Position numbers and translations under genes: made by a program | Part shown: in pieces, positions 1-7,347 of the stretch | Layout of the letters: each line of letters starts with the position of its first letter | Position numbering within the stretch: position 1 is the stretch's first letter | The notes under the pieces: model-generated | Databases searched by the model: none | Told to the model about the DNA's origin: nothing | Seen by the model: the letters and a program-made list of their open reading frames with translations, nothing else | Assembly: GCA_038208905.1 (NCBI GenBank) | Contig: JBBQYG010000097.1 | Location: 1-14,697, forward strand | Length of the DNA: 14,697 bases | Direction: 5' to 3' | Source of the DNA: Candidatus Sumerlaeia bacterium | GTDB taxonomy: Bacteria; Sumerlaeota; Sumerlaeia; SLMS01

Positions 1-323
1 AGCAGGATTTCCTGATCCACGGGGCGCGGCTGGAGGATCTGGCGGCGGGGCGCGCGACGCCGGAGCTTCTGGCGCTGGTCGGTGTCTATACGTCGCGGGC
101 CGCGGAGCTTTTCGCGAAAGGGCGGACACACGCGGCGGCGCTTCCCAACGATGGCAGCCGGGCGTGGGCGCTGGGCTGGATCGCGCGGCGGGAGGCGATG
201 CTGGCGCGCCTTGCGGAGCGGCCGGAGGCGGTATTTGCGGTGGAGAAAAAGCTGACGCTGGGCGAGCGGATGCTGCCGCTCACGTTCCGCGCGGGCGCAC
301 CGTCAGCATCACGAGAAAAATAA
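1..323 (+). CDS. C-terminal part of a squalene/phytoene synthase-family (HpnC/CrtB-like) protein, 5'-truncated by the window
   Basis: Not in the ORF track. Frame starting at base 3 is open to TAA at 321-323: QDFLIHGARLEDLAAGRATPELLALVGVYTSRAAELFAKG...LARLAERPEAVFAVEKKLTLGERM...EK*. GC3-rich codons. Resembles the C-terminal region of isoprenoid head-to-head synthases; catalytic DxxxD motifs would lie outside the window. Confidence 0.55.
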   Translation, partial: QDFLIHGARLEDLAAGRATPELLALVGVYTSRAAELFAKGRTHAAALPNDGSRAWALGWIARREAMLARLAERPEAVFAVEKKLTLGERMLPLTFRAGAPSASREK

Positions 324-1089
324 CCGCCTGAACAAGGATGATCGTGGCGCCGCTGGGCAGGTTGAACGCGACCGAGCCGCAGAGGCCGAGGACGACGCTT
401 GCCACGCCGATTGCCACCGAGAGCATCGTCATCGAGGAGAATCGCACGCAGCCCAGCCGTGCCGCCGCCGCCGGGATCACGGTAAAGGCGCCAGCCAGCA
501 CCATGCCGACGATCTTGATCGAGATGACGATCACGACGGCGAGAAACACGAAGAGCAACAGATCGTGCCGCCGCGTTGGGTGCCCATCGGCGCGGGCAAG
601 TTCCGCGTCGAAGGTCGCCATGGCCCACCGCCCCCACAACGGCATCGAAGCCACCGACGCGATCAGCAGCGCCCACGCCGCCGCCACGTCCCACGCGGAA
701 ACCGACAAGATCGATCCGAAGAGAAACGCGAAGGCGTCCGCCGAGTAGCGCGGCGTCAGCGCGAGGAACACGATCCCCAGCGCCATCGAAACAGAGAAGA
801 ACACGCCGATGGCGGAGTCCGACGAAATCGGGGAGCGGTCCTGCACCGCATGAATCGCGACGGCGATGGCGATGGTGAACGGCAGCGCCACCGCCAGCGG
901 CGCCACGCCCAGCAGAATCCCCAGCGCCACGCCGCCAAACGCCGCGTGGGAGAGACCCCCCGCCAGATATCCGAGACGCCGCTGCACAACGAACGCGCCA
1001 AGGAAGCTGGCCACGATGCCGATGGCAATTCCCCCGGCGAGGGCGCGCTGCATGAAGCCGTGGCCGAGCATCGCGACGATGTCACCCAT
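280..1089 (-). CDS. znuB: Metal (Zn/Mn) ABC transporter permease
   Basis: 269 aa hydrophobic; FMQRAL, LSHAAFGGVALG, FLFGSILSV, FDAELA, IKIVG, NLPSGATI are ABC-3 permease motifs; overlaps the ATPase gene by 8 nt. Confidence 0.93.
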   Translation of the reverse strand: MGDIVAMLGHGFMQRALAGGIAIGIVASFLGAFVVQRRLGYLAGGLSHAAFGGVALGILLGVAPLAVALPFTIAIAVAIHAVQDRSPISSDSAIGVFFSVSMALGIVFLALTPRYSADAFAFLFGSILSVSAWDVAAAWALLIASVASMPLWGRWAMATFDAELARADGHPTRRHDLLLFVFLAVVIVISIKIVGMVLAGAFTVIPAAAARLGCVRFSSMTMLSVAIGVASVVLGLCGSVAFNLPSGATIILVQAVIFLVMLTVRPRGT

Positions 1090-1828
1090 GGGCGCCCGCC
1101 TCGGGGAGCGCGTGGCCCGCGTGTCTATACGCCGCGCGCAGGCGCTCCGGCGTCAGAACGTCGGCGGGCGGGCCGAATCCGACTTGGATTCGATTGAGCA
1201 GCACAGCCAGATCCGCGTGGCGCCGCGCCACTTCCCAATCGTGCGTCACCATGACCACCGTGGCGCCGCGGGCCTCCCGGTACTCCAGGAGGATCCGATA
1301 AAGGTCCTCTTCCGCGGGAGTATCCACGCCGGTGGCGGGTTCGTCGAGGAGCACGAATTCGGGATCGCCCGCCAGGCCCCGCGCCAGGAACACGCGCTGG
1401 AGCTGCCCGCCGGAGAGCCGCGAAATCGGCCGCGTCGCCACGTCGGCCATGCCCACGCGCCCGAGCAGCGCCATCGCCGATGCGCGCTGTTTAGACGTGA
1501 GGCGGAAGGGCCAGCGCCGGGTGATGCCGCTGGCAACGACCTCGATGGCGAGGGCGGGGAAGCTGCGGTCGAGTGTCTTGGCCTGGGGGACGTATCCGAT
1601 GCGGGATGGGCCGAGCGCGGCGCGAGAGAGGCCGCGGAATCGGATTGCTCCGGAAACGACGGGCACCAGCCCCAGCGCCGCCTTGACCAGCGTCGATTTG
1701 CCCGCGCCATTGGGGCCGAGCACGGCCAAGAAAGCGCCCGCGGGCACTGACAACTCCACCCCCGCGAGCGCGGTGAAGCGCCCGTATTCGACTGTCAGGT
1801 TTTCAACCTCGAAACCGGGTACGGTCAA
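1082..1828 (-). CDS. znuC: Metal ABC transporter ATP-binding subunit
   Basis: Walker A GPNGAGKST, IGYVPQ, signature LSGGQLQR, Walker B VLLDEP, VTHD H-loop; TTG start overlaps the upstream TGA (TTGA coupling). Confidence 0.93.
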   Translation of the reverse strand: MTVPGFEVENLTVEYGRFTALAGVELSVPAGAFLAVLGPNGAGKSTLVKAALGLVPVVSGAIRFRGLSRAALGPSRIGYVPQAKTLDRSFPALAIEVVASGITRRWPFRLTSKQRASAMALLGRVGMADVATRPISRLSGGQLQRVFLARGLAGDPEFVLLDEPATGVDTPAEEDLYRILLEYREARGATVVMVTHDWEVARRHADLAVLLNRIQVGFGPPADVLTPERLRAAYRHAGHALPEAGAHG

Positions 1829-2763
1829 CGCAGCGCCTTGGCCAGAACATCGGCATTGAAAAGGAGCAACTCATTCAACGTCATTCTCCCCTCCACGCCC
1901 CCGATGGGGTCTAGCTCGAAAACGGAGATATTGGCGGCCTCGGCCACGACATGCACCGCGCGGATTGGGAGCTGGGGCTCGCTGAAAAGGGCTCGCACGC
2001 CGGCGTCCTTCACTTGCTTGACGATTCCGCTGATGTGGGTGGGGGTGGCTTCCTTGCCGGGTGAAAGCTCCAGCGCGCCGATGTACTCGATCCCATAGCG
2101 CTTAAGCATGTAGCAGATCGACGGATGATACAGCACCACGGCGCGACCCCTCACGGGCTCCAGCCGAGTGCGGAGTTCGGCGTCCAGCGCGCCAAGGCTC
2201 GTTACGAACTTTGCCGCGTTGGTCTCGTAGGTGGCCTTCCCCTCCGGATCGAGACGGATCATCTCGGCGAGGAGGCCCGGCACCATCGAGCGAATCGCGA
2301 CGGGATCGACCCAGAAGTGGGGATCGACGACGCCGGGGCCGTGGCTGTGTCCGTGATGGTCGTGGTCATGATCATCTCCGCCTTCGGCAAAGTGAAGCCG
2401 CTCCGACTCCGGGAGGAAGTCGATCACCCTGACTTTGCTGCGCGCGGGAAGGCTTGCGGCCCAGGCGTCGAGTTCCTCGGAGACATAGAGGAGCGCCGTC
2501 GCCTTCTCCACACTCGCCGCGTCGCTGGGAAGCGGCTCGTAGGTATGCGGAGATGCCCCCCGCGCCAGAAGACTGTGAACCGTGGCGCGGTCGCCGACGA
2601 TCTGCTCGACGATACGGGCAAGCGGGGGAATCGTGGTCACATAGGAGGGCAGACCCGGCGCGCGGGTAGATTCGTCGCTTGGGCGACATCCCGTTAGTAC
2701 AACGGCGACCGTGGCGATGGCCGCCAAGAGTGCGTAAATCCGGGGAAAGGCGCTTGCTGTCAT
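1825..2763 (-). CDS. znuA: Metal ABC transporter substrate-binding lipoprotein (ZnuA/AdcA family)
   Basis: Signal peptide with lipobox VLTGC; PHTYEP, DPHFW, YHPS and FSEPQ metal-site motifs; His/Asp-rich loop DDHDHDHHGHSHG typical of Zn-specific members; GGAG upstream of ATG. Confidence 0.92.
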   Translation of the reverse strand: MTASAFPRIYALLAAIATVAVVLTGCRPSDESTRAPGLPSYVTTIPPLARIVEQIVGDRATVHSLLARGASPHTYEPLPSDAASVEKATALLYVSEELDAWAASLPARSKVRVIDFLPESERLHFAEGGDDHDHDHHGHSHGPGVVDPHFWVDPVAIRSMVPGLLAEMIRLDPEGKATYETNAAKFVTSLGALDAELRTRLEPVRGRAVVLYHPSICYMLKRYGIEYIGALELSPGKEATPTHISGIVKQVKDAGVRALFSEPQLPIRAVHVVAEAANISVFELDPIGGVEGRMTLNELLLFNADVLAKALR

Positions 2764-2821
2764 GGCTGCTCCGATCTATGTTGGTACATCCTCCGGCGGG
2801 CGAGACAAGACAGGGTAAGGC

Positions 2822-3241
2822 ATGGGCAAGGCAAGCGAAAATGATAAGTCATTATCAAAACAGGAACCTCTCAAGCGCAACACGGCCCAGCGTCAGGCCA
2901 TTCGGCAGGTCTTCATCGACACGCGGCGCCCCCTTTCCCCCACCGAGGCGCTGGACAAGGCCGCCAAGCTGAAGAAAGGGATCGGCATCGCCACCATCTA
3001 TCGCGCGGTCCGCGACCTGGTGGATGAAGGCTGGCTCCGCCCCGTCGAGATCCCCGGCCAGCCGCCGCGCTACGAACTCATGGACCTACCCCACCACCAC
3101 CACTTCCACTGCCGCGGCTGCGGGCGGACCTTCGACATCCACCACTGCCCCGGCGAGCTGATGGATATCGCCCCGAAGGACTTTCTGGTGGAGTCGCATC
3201 ACCTGACGCTGCTGGGGCTGTGTGCGGATTGCCGGAAGTAG
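2822..3241 (+). CDS. zur: Fur-family transcriptional repressor, probably Zur
   Basis: RNTAQRQAI, IGIATIYR helix, HHHHFHCRGCG and C-terminal CADC (two CxxC). Zur assignment is inferred from divergence from znuACB across a 58-bp gap. Confidence 0.85.
   Translation: MGKASENDKSLSKQEPLKRNTAQRQAIRQVFIDTRRPLSPTEALDKAAKLKKGIGIATIYRAVRDLVDEGWLRPVEIPGQPPRYELMDLPHHHHFHCRGCGRTFDIHHCPGELMDIAPKDFLVESHHLTLLGLCADCRK
2837..2857. promoter_or_regulatory. Putative Fur/Zur-family operator
   Basis: GAAAATGATAAGTCATTATCA, containing the perfect inverted repeat TGATAA-N4-TTATCA (2842-2857); AT-rich island about 80 bp upstream of znuA; resembles the Fur box GATAATGATAATCATTATC with one extra base. Confidence 0.6.
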
Positions 3242-3264
3242 GAAACGTCGCGCTCGCGAACCGC

Positions 3265-3290
3265 TCCTGCCACCGTAAATCGCGGCAGGA
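3265..3290 (+). terminator. Hairpin downstream of zur (possible weak terminator or palindromic site)
   Basis: TCCTGCC-N12-GGCAGGA perfect 7-bp stem followed by TTATAGT; poor U-tract. Confidence 0.3.
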
Positions 3291-3295
3291 TTATA

Positions 3296-3580
3296 GTGAA
3301 TGAGTTTTGTATCCTCTCCGCAACCCAGACACGGAAATCAGCAGCCCCTTTGAACCACGTCGGCACACCCAACGCCGCATCCCCAGTCAACGCCCTCTTC
3401 TCCCACGTCGCCGCACTCGAGAACCGAGTAGCCGCGCCCGAGGGCCGCACGATTTCGGGAATCGGCCCGGGCGACCGCGACAAGACTCTGGGTGTCGCGA
3501 AGCAGCTTCTGCGCGTGGCGGAGGCCACGACGCGGGACGAGATGCGGTGCGATATCTTCCGAAAATGGTGCGAGTTCTGA
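3296..3580 (+). CDS. Small hypothetical protein (94 aa; alternative TTG start at 3350 gives 76 aa)
   Basis: Fills the zur-btaA gap; codons from about 3356 onward are strongly G/C-ending like neighbouring genes; no recognisable family. Confidence 0.55.
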   Translation: MNEFCILSATQTRKSAAPLNHVGTPNAASPVNALFSHVAALENRVAAPEGRTISGIGPGDRDKTLGVAKQLLRVAEATTRDEMRCDIFRKWCEF

Positions 3581-3727
3581 TCGTTGAGCGCCCTCTCAGC
3601 GGCGCACGGGTTCAGAATTGGGGTTCCTTTCGTGGCGCTGGCAAACGGGCGCGATTTCTCTCGTTGCCTTGCCCGAGTCCCCCCCCCTACCAATCAGGCC
3701 CTTCGCAGACCGCAGTAAGAACTCCGC

Positions 3728-5023
3728 GTGGCAGGTAACCGACTCGTGTCCCAATCAGCCCCCGCCGCAAAGAAGCGCCCCTCCGCCAAGCGGGGGAAGG
3801 CCAAGCGCGGCGGCGTGGAGGAAATCCGGTCACAGCCCATCGCCGATTGGGTCAACAGCAAGGCGTTCTCGATCGTGCATCGCACGAATCTGGTCTATAA
3901 CACCTGCTGGGAGGATCCCCGGCTGGACCATCAGGCGCTGAACCTGGGGCCCGACGACACCGTGGTGGTGATCACGTCGGCGGGGTGCAACGCGCTGGAC
4001 TATGCGATCGAGGGACCGCGCCACGTTCACGCGGTGGACATGAATCCGCGCCAGAACGCGCTGCTCCAGCTTAAGCTGGCGGGCATCCGCGAGCTTGAGT
4101 ACGACGACTTCTTCCAGTTGTTTGGACGCGGCCGACTTAGGCGCTTCGAGCTCGCGTACAAGGAGAAGCTGCGGCGTCACCTTGCGCCCTGGTCCCAGAA
4201 GTACTGGGACCGCCACGGGAACTTCTTCGATAGCAAGCAGTCGTTCTATTTCCGCGGTTCCTCGGGTTCCGTGGCGCGGTTCTGCAACTACTACATCGAC
4301 AAGGTGGCAAAGGTCCGCGACGACGTGGATGCGTTGCTCGAGGCGAAGTCGCTGGAGGAGCAGAAGCGCCTTTACGACCGCTCGCTCCGCGATGCGTTCT
4401 GGACAGGCTTCATGAGGAAGTTCGTGGGGAGCGGCACCACGCTTTCCATGCTCGGGGTGCCCCGCCAGCAGCGCCAGCAGGTGGAGCTGCACTTTGGTCG
4501 CGGCATCTCTGAGTTTATCGAGGATTGCAGCGAGACGGTATTCACGAAGCTGCCGATTCACGACAACTATTTCTGGCGGGTGTATCTGAAGGGCGAGTAC
4601 ACGGAGTCATGCTGTCCGCGCTACCTGACGCGCGACGGATTCGCGAAGCTCAAGGACGGGCTGGCCGACCGCGTAAAGACACACACGATGACGGTGGAGG
4701 GCTTCCTGCGCCATCACCCGGAGCCCGTGACGCATTTCGTCCTGCTGGATCACATGGACTGGCTGAGCACGTATCGCTACGAGGCGCTGGTCAGCGAGTG
4801 GCAGGCCATCGTGGACCGCGCGGCGCCGAAGTCGCGCGTGCTGTTTCGCAGCGGCGGCATGAAGGTTGGCTTCGTGGATCCCATCGAAGTCACGGTGCAG
4901 GGGCAGAAGCGCAAGGTCGGCGACATGATGACCTATCATCCCGAACTGGCGGATCGCCTCCACGCGCTCGACCGCGTCCACACCTACGGCAGCTTCTACA
5001 TCGCAGACTTGGCGACGAGCTGA
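3728..5023 (+). CDS. btaA: S-adenosylmethionine:diacylglycerol 3-amino-3-carboxypropyl transferase (DUF3419/BtaA)
   Basis: LVYNTCWEDP, ITSAGCNALDY, AVDMNPRQNALLQLK, DNYFW, LLDHMDW, DRVHTYGSF motifs; adjacent methyltransferase. Start may be GTG 3746. Confidence 0.9.
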   Translation: MAGNRLVSQSAPAAKKRPSAKRGKAKRGGVEEIRSQPIADWVNSKAFSIVHRTNLVYNTCWEDPRLDHQALNLGPDDTVVVITSAGCNALDYAIEGPRHVHAVDMNPRQNALLQLKLAGIRELEYDDFFQLFGRGRLRRFELAYKEKLRRHLAPWSQKYWDRHGNFFDSKQSFYFRGSSGSVARFCNYYIDKVAKVRDDVDALLEAKSLEEQKRLYDRSLRDAFWTGFMRKFVGSGTTLSMLGVPRQQRQQVELHFGRGISEFIEDCSETVFTKLPIHDNYFWRVYLKGEYTESCCPRYLTRDGFAKLKDGLADRVKTHTMTVEGFLRHHPEPVTHFVLLDHMDWLSTYRYEALVSEWQAIVDRAAPKSRVLFRSGGMKVGFVDPIEVTVQGQKRKVGDMMTYHPELADRLHALDRVHTYGSFYIADLATS

Positions 5024-5033
5024 TCGGCATCCC

Positions 5034-5771
5034 GTGGCGCTACTCTCCGACCTCAAGATTCTCTACAAGCTTGTCCTGAGCCCGATCAGCGGGGGCACCC
5101 ACAAGGAGCGGCTTGAGAGCTTCTATGGCGGGCAGGCGGAAGGCTATGACGCCTTTCGCAAGCGCCTGCTGAAGGGGCGCGAGACGCTGTATCGCTCCAT
5201 CGTGGTGCCGACCAACGGCGTGTGGGTGGACATGGGCGGGGGCACCGGCGCGAATCTGGAAAATATCGGTCCTGCGATCGCTTCGATGAAGCGCGTCTAT
5301 GTGGTCGATCTCTCCACATCGCTCCTGAGGGTGGCTGCCGAGCGCGCGGCGGAGCGCGGCTGGAAGAACGTGACTCCGGTGGAGGCCGACGTGACGCAAT
5401 TCGTTCCGCAGGAGGGCCTTGCCGATGTGGTGACGTTCTCCTACTCGCTCACGATGATCCCCGACTGGTTCGCGGCCATCGACCAGGCGCGGCGAATCCT
5501 GAAGCCCGGCGGCGTCATCGGCGTGGTGGACTTCTACGTCTCCCGCAAATATCCCGACTCGGGCCGCCGCCGCCACGGCTGGGCAACGCGCTCATTCTGG
5601 CCGGTTTGGTTTGCGTCGGATAACGTACATCCTTCGCCGGATCACCTGCCGTACCTCAGTCGGCGATTCGAGGAAGTATCGGTCAGGGAGCGGCGCGGAA
5701 CGGTGCCGTATTTGATGGGGCTGACAACGCCGTACTATCGGTTTGTAGGGCGGAAGCCCGCCGGTGGCTGA
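5034..5771 (+). CDS. btaB: Class I SAM-dependent methyltransferase, diacylglycerylhomoserine N-methyltransferase (BtaB-like)
   Basis: LESFY..QA..YD..R..LL.GRE N-terminus, SAM motif WVDMGGGTG, FSYSLTMIPDW, GVVDFYV; 10 nt downstream of btaA. Confidence 0.85.
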   Translation: MALLSDLKILYKLVLSPISGGTHKERLESFYGGQAEGYDAFRKRLLKGRETLYRSIVVPTNGVWVDMGGGTGANLENIGPAIASMKRVYVVDLSTSLLRVAAERAAERGWKNVTPVEADVTQFVPQEGLADVVTFSYSLTMIPDWFAAIDQARRILKPGGVIGVVDFYVSRKYPDSGRRRHGWATRSFWPVWFASDNVHPSPDHLPYLSRRFEEVSVRERRGTVPYLMGLTTPYYRFVGRKPAGG

Positions 5772-5879
5772 CGGTCCGAATCGGTGATTCCGATGGTCCG
5801 CCCTATCACGTTGACCTTGGCCCGACCACCACTTGGCGGCAAGATGCGGCCGTAAAATCCAAGCATAAGGGATTCACCC

Positions 5880-6425
5880 ATGATCGAAATCATCGTTGGG
5901 ACCAATCGCCCCGGGAGCAATACGCTCAAGGTGGCCCGCATCATCGAGGGCTACTACAAGGAGGCTGGCGTCCCGACGGGGCTCCTCGACTTGCACGAAC
6001 TTCCGCCGGAGATTTTCTTACCGTCAGCCTATGGTGAGAAGCCCGCCGCCTTCGCCCCGCTTCAGGATCGCGTTACTGCGGCGCACGGCCTCCATATCGT
6101 CATACCGGAATACAACGGATCCTTTCCCGGCGTCCTGAAGTACTTCGTGGACATGCTCAAGTTTCCCGAGAGCTTTGAGCATAAGTGTACCGCATATACA
6201 GGCGTCGCCGCCGGCGTGTGGGGCGGCTTGCGCGCGGTGGAGCAACTCCAGCTCGTCTTCGGATATCGCAACGCCTACAACTGCCCCGAGAGGGTTTGGA
6301 TCGCGGGGGTACACAAGAAGTTGAGCGCCGACGGCGCGTCGTTTGCCGATGAGGCCACCGCCGACATTCTCCGCAAGCAGGTCGCCGCATTCGCTCCCTT
6401 TGCCGCGCGCAATCGCAACGCATAG
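5880..6425 (+). CDS. NADPH-dependent FMN reductase (flavodoxin-like fold)
   Basis: GTNRPGSNT phosphate loop, PEYNGSFPGVLK signature, GGLRAVEQL; AAGGG upstream. Confidence 0.9.
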   Translation: MIEIIVGTNRPGSNTLKVARIIEGYYKEAGVPTGLLDLHELPPEIFLPSAYGEKPAAFAPLQDRVTAAHGLHIVIPEYNGSFPGVLKYFVDMLKFPESFEHKCTAYTGVAAGVWGGLRAVEQLQLVFGYRNAYNCPERVWIAGVHKKLSADGASFADEATADILRKQVAAFAPFAARNRNA

Positions 6426-6429
6426 AATC

Positions 6430-7347
6430 ATGAAGACCATCGACATCGAGCGGCTGACTTCCGGCGAGCCCGTTTTCAGCTTTATCCTGGCGGGCGAAGG
6501 GATCGATCCCGCCGCCGTGGCCGGCGGGGCGATCTCGCTTTTCGACGGCGAGTTGGTCGGCGTATCCGCGCGGGTGAACCAGCCGGGGCGTTCGGTGAAG
6601 GTGACCGTGATGCACGACGCGGACTACCGGCCAGAGGATGCCTTCCTTCGGGTAAAGCACCACGCGTGGGAGCGGGGACTGGCGTATGCCATTCTGCCGG
6701 GGTCGGCGGGTGTGCCGGATTTCGAGGTGGCGCTCTTTGACATGGACTCGACCCTGATCAATCAGGAAGTGATCGAGGAGCTGGCCGCGTTTGCGGGCCA
6801 TCGTGAGCAAGTCGCCGAGGTCACGCGCCTGGCGATGGAGGGGAAGCTGGATTTCCATCAGGCTCTGCGCGAGCGCGTGAAGCTCCTTGCCGGGCAGCCT
6901 GCGTCTATTCTGGAGGAAGTGCTCAATCACCACATCACACCGACGCCCGGCCTCGAGGACATGGTCTCGGGCCTGCACGCGGCGGGGATCCGCGTGGCGG
7001 TGGTCTCTGGCGGATTCATCGACGTGGTGGGGCCCTTCGCGCGGGCCCATGGCATCGACCACGCCGTTGCGAATCGGCTGGAGGTCGCCAACGGCAGGCT
7101 CACCGGCGAGGTCCTTGGCGAGATCGTGGACGCCGATGTGAAGCGGCGCACGCTGGAGGAACTCTGCAAGGAGTGCCGCTGCACCCCCGCCAATGCGATC
7201 GCGATGGGCGACGGCGCCAATGACCTGAAGATGATGAAGATTGCGGGGCTCGGCGTGGCCTTCTGCGCCAAGCCCATCGTGCAGGAGCAGGCGCTGGCCG
7301 CGATCAACCGGCGACGGCTTGACGATCTATTGGGCTTTCTGGCGTAA
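6430..7347 (+). CDS. serB: Phosphoserine phosphatase (HAD family), 305 aa
   Basis: FDMDSTL, VTRLAMEGKLDF, VVSGGF, motif III Lys, GDGANDL, AKP. Start moved from 6343 to ATG 6430, 4 nt after the FMN reductase stop. Confidence 0.92.
   Translation: MKTIDIERLTSGEPVFSFILAGEGIDPAAVAGGAISLFDGELVGVSARVNQPGRSVKVTVMHDADYRPEDAFLRVKHHAWERGLAYAILPGSAGVPDFEVALFDMDSTLINQEVIEELAAFAGHREQVAEVTRLAMEGKLDFHQALRERVKLLAGQPASILEEVLNHHITPTPGLEDMVSGLHAAGIRVAVVSGGFIDVVGPFARAHGIDHAVANRLEVANGRLTGEVLGEIVDADVKRRTLEELCKECRCTPANAIAMGDGANDLKMMKIAGLGVAFCAKPIVQEQALAAINRRRLDDLLGFLA

Noticed and set aside
2340..2376. His/Asp-rich repeat-like stretch in znuA
   Set aside because: Standard His-rich loop of zinc-binding proteins, not a DNA repeat.
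3296..3580. Small ORF as RiPP precursor for the radical SAM enzyme
   Set aside because: About 5.5 kb away on the opposite strand; no RRE/PqqD domain, peptidase or exporter; the rSAM lacks a full SPASM Cys set.
3608..3630. GGGTTC direct repeat upstream of btaA as a Pho box
   Set aside because: Repeats are 13 bp apart, not the 11-bp period of PhoB/PhoP sites; no convincing Pho box found despite btaAB usually being phosphate-regulated.
5773..5800. Short hairpin ATCGG-N5-CCGAT and GGTCCG repeat after btaB as a terminator
   Set aside because: Only a 5-bp stem and no U-tract.
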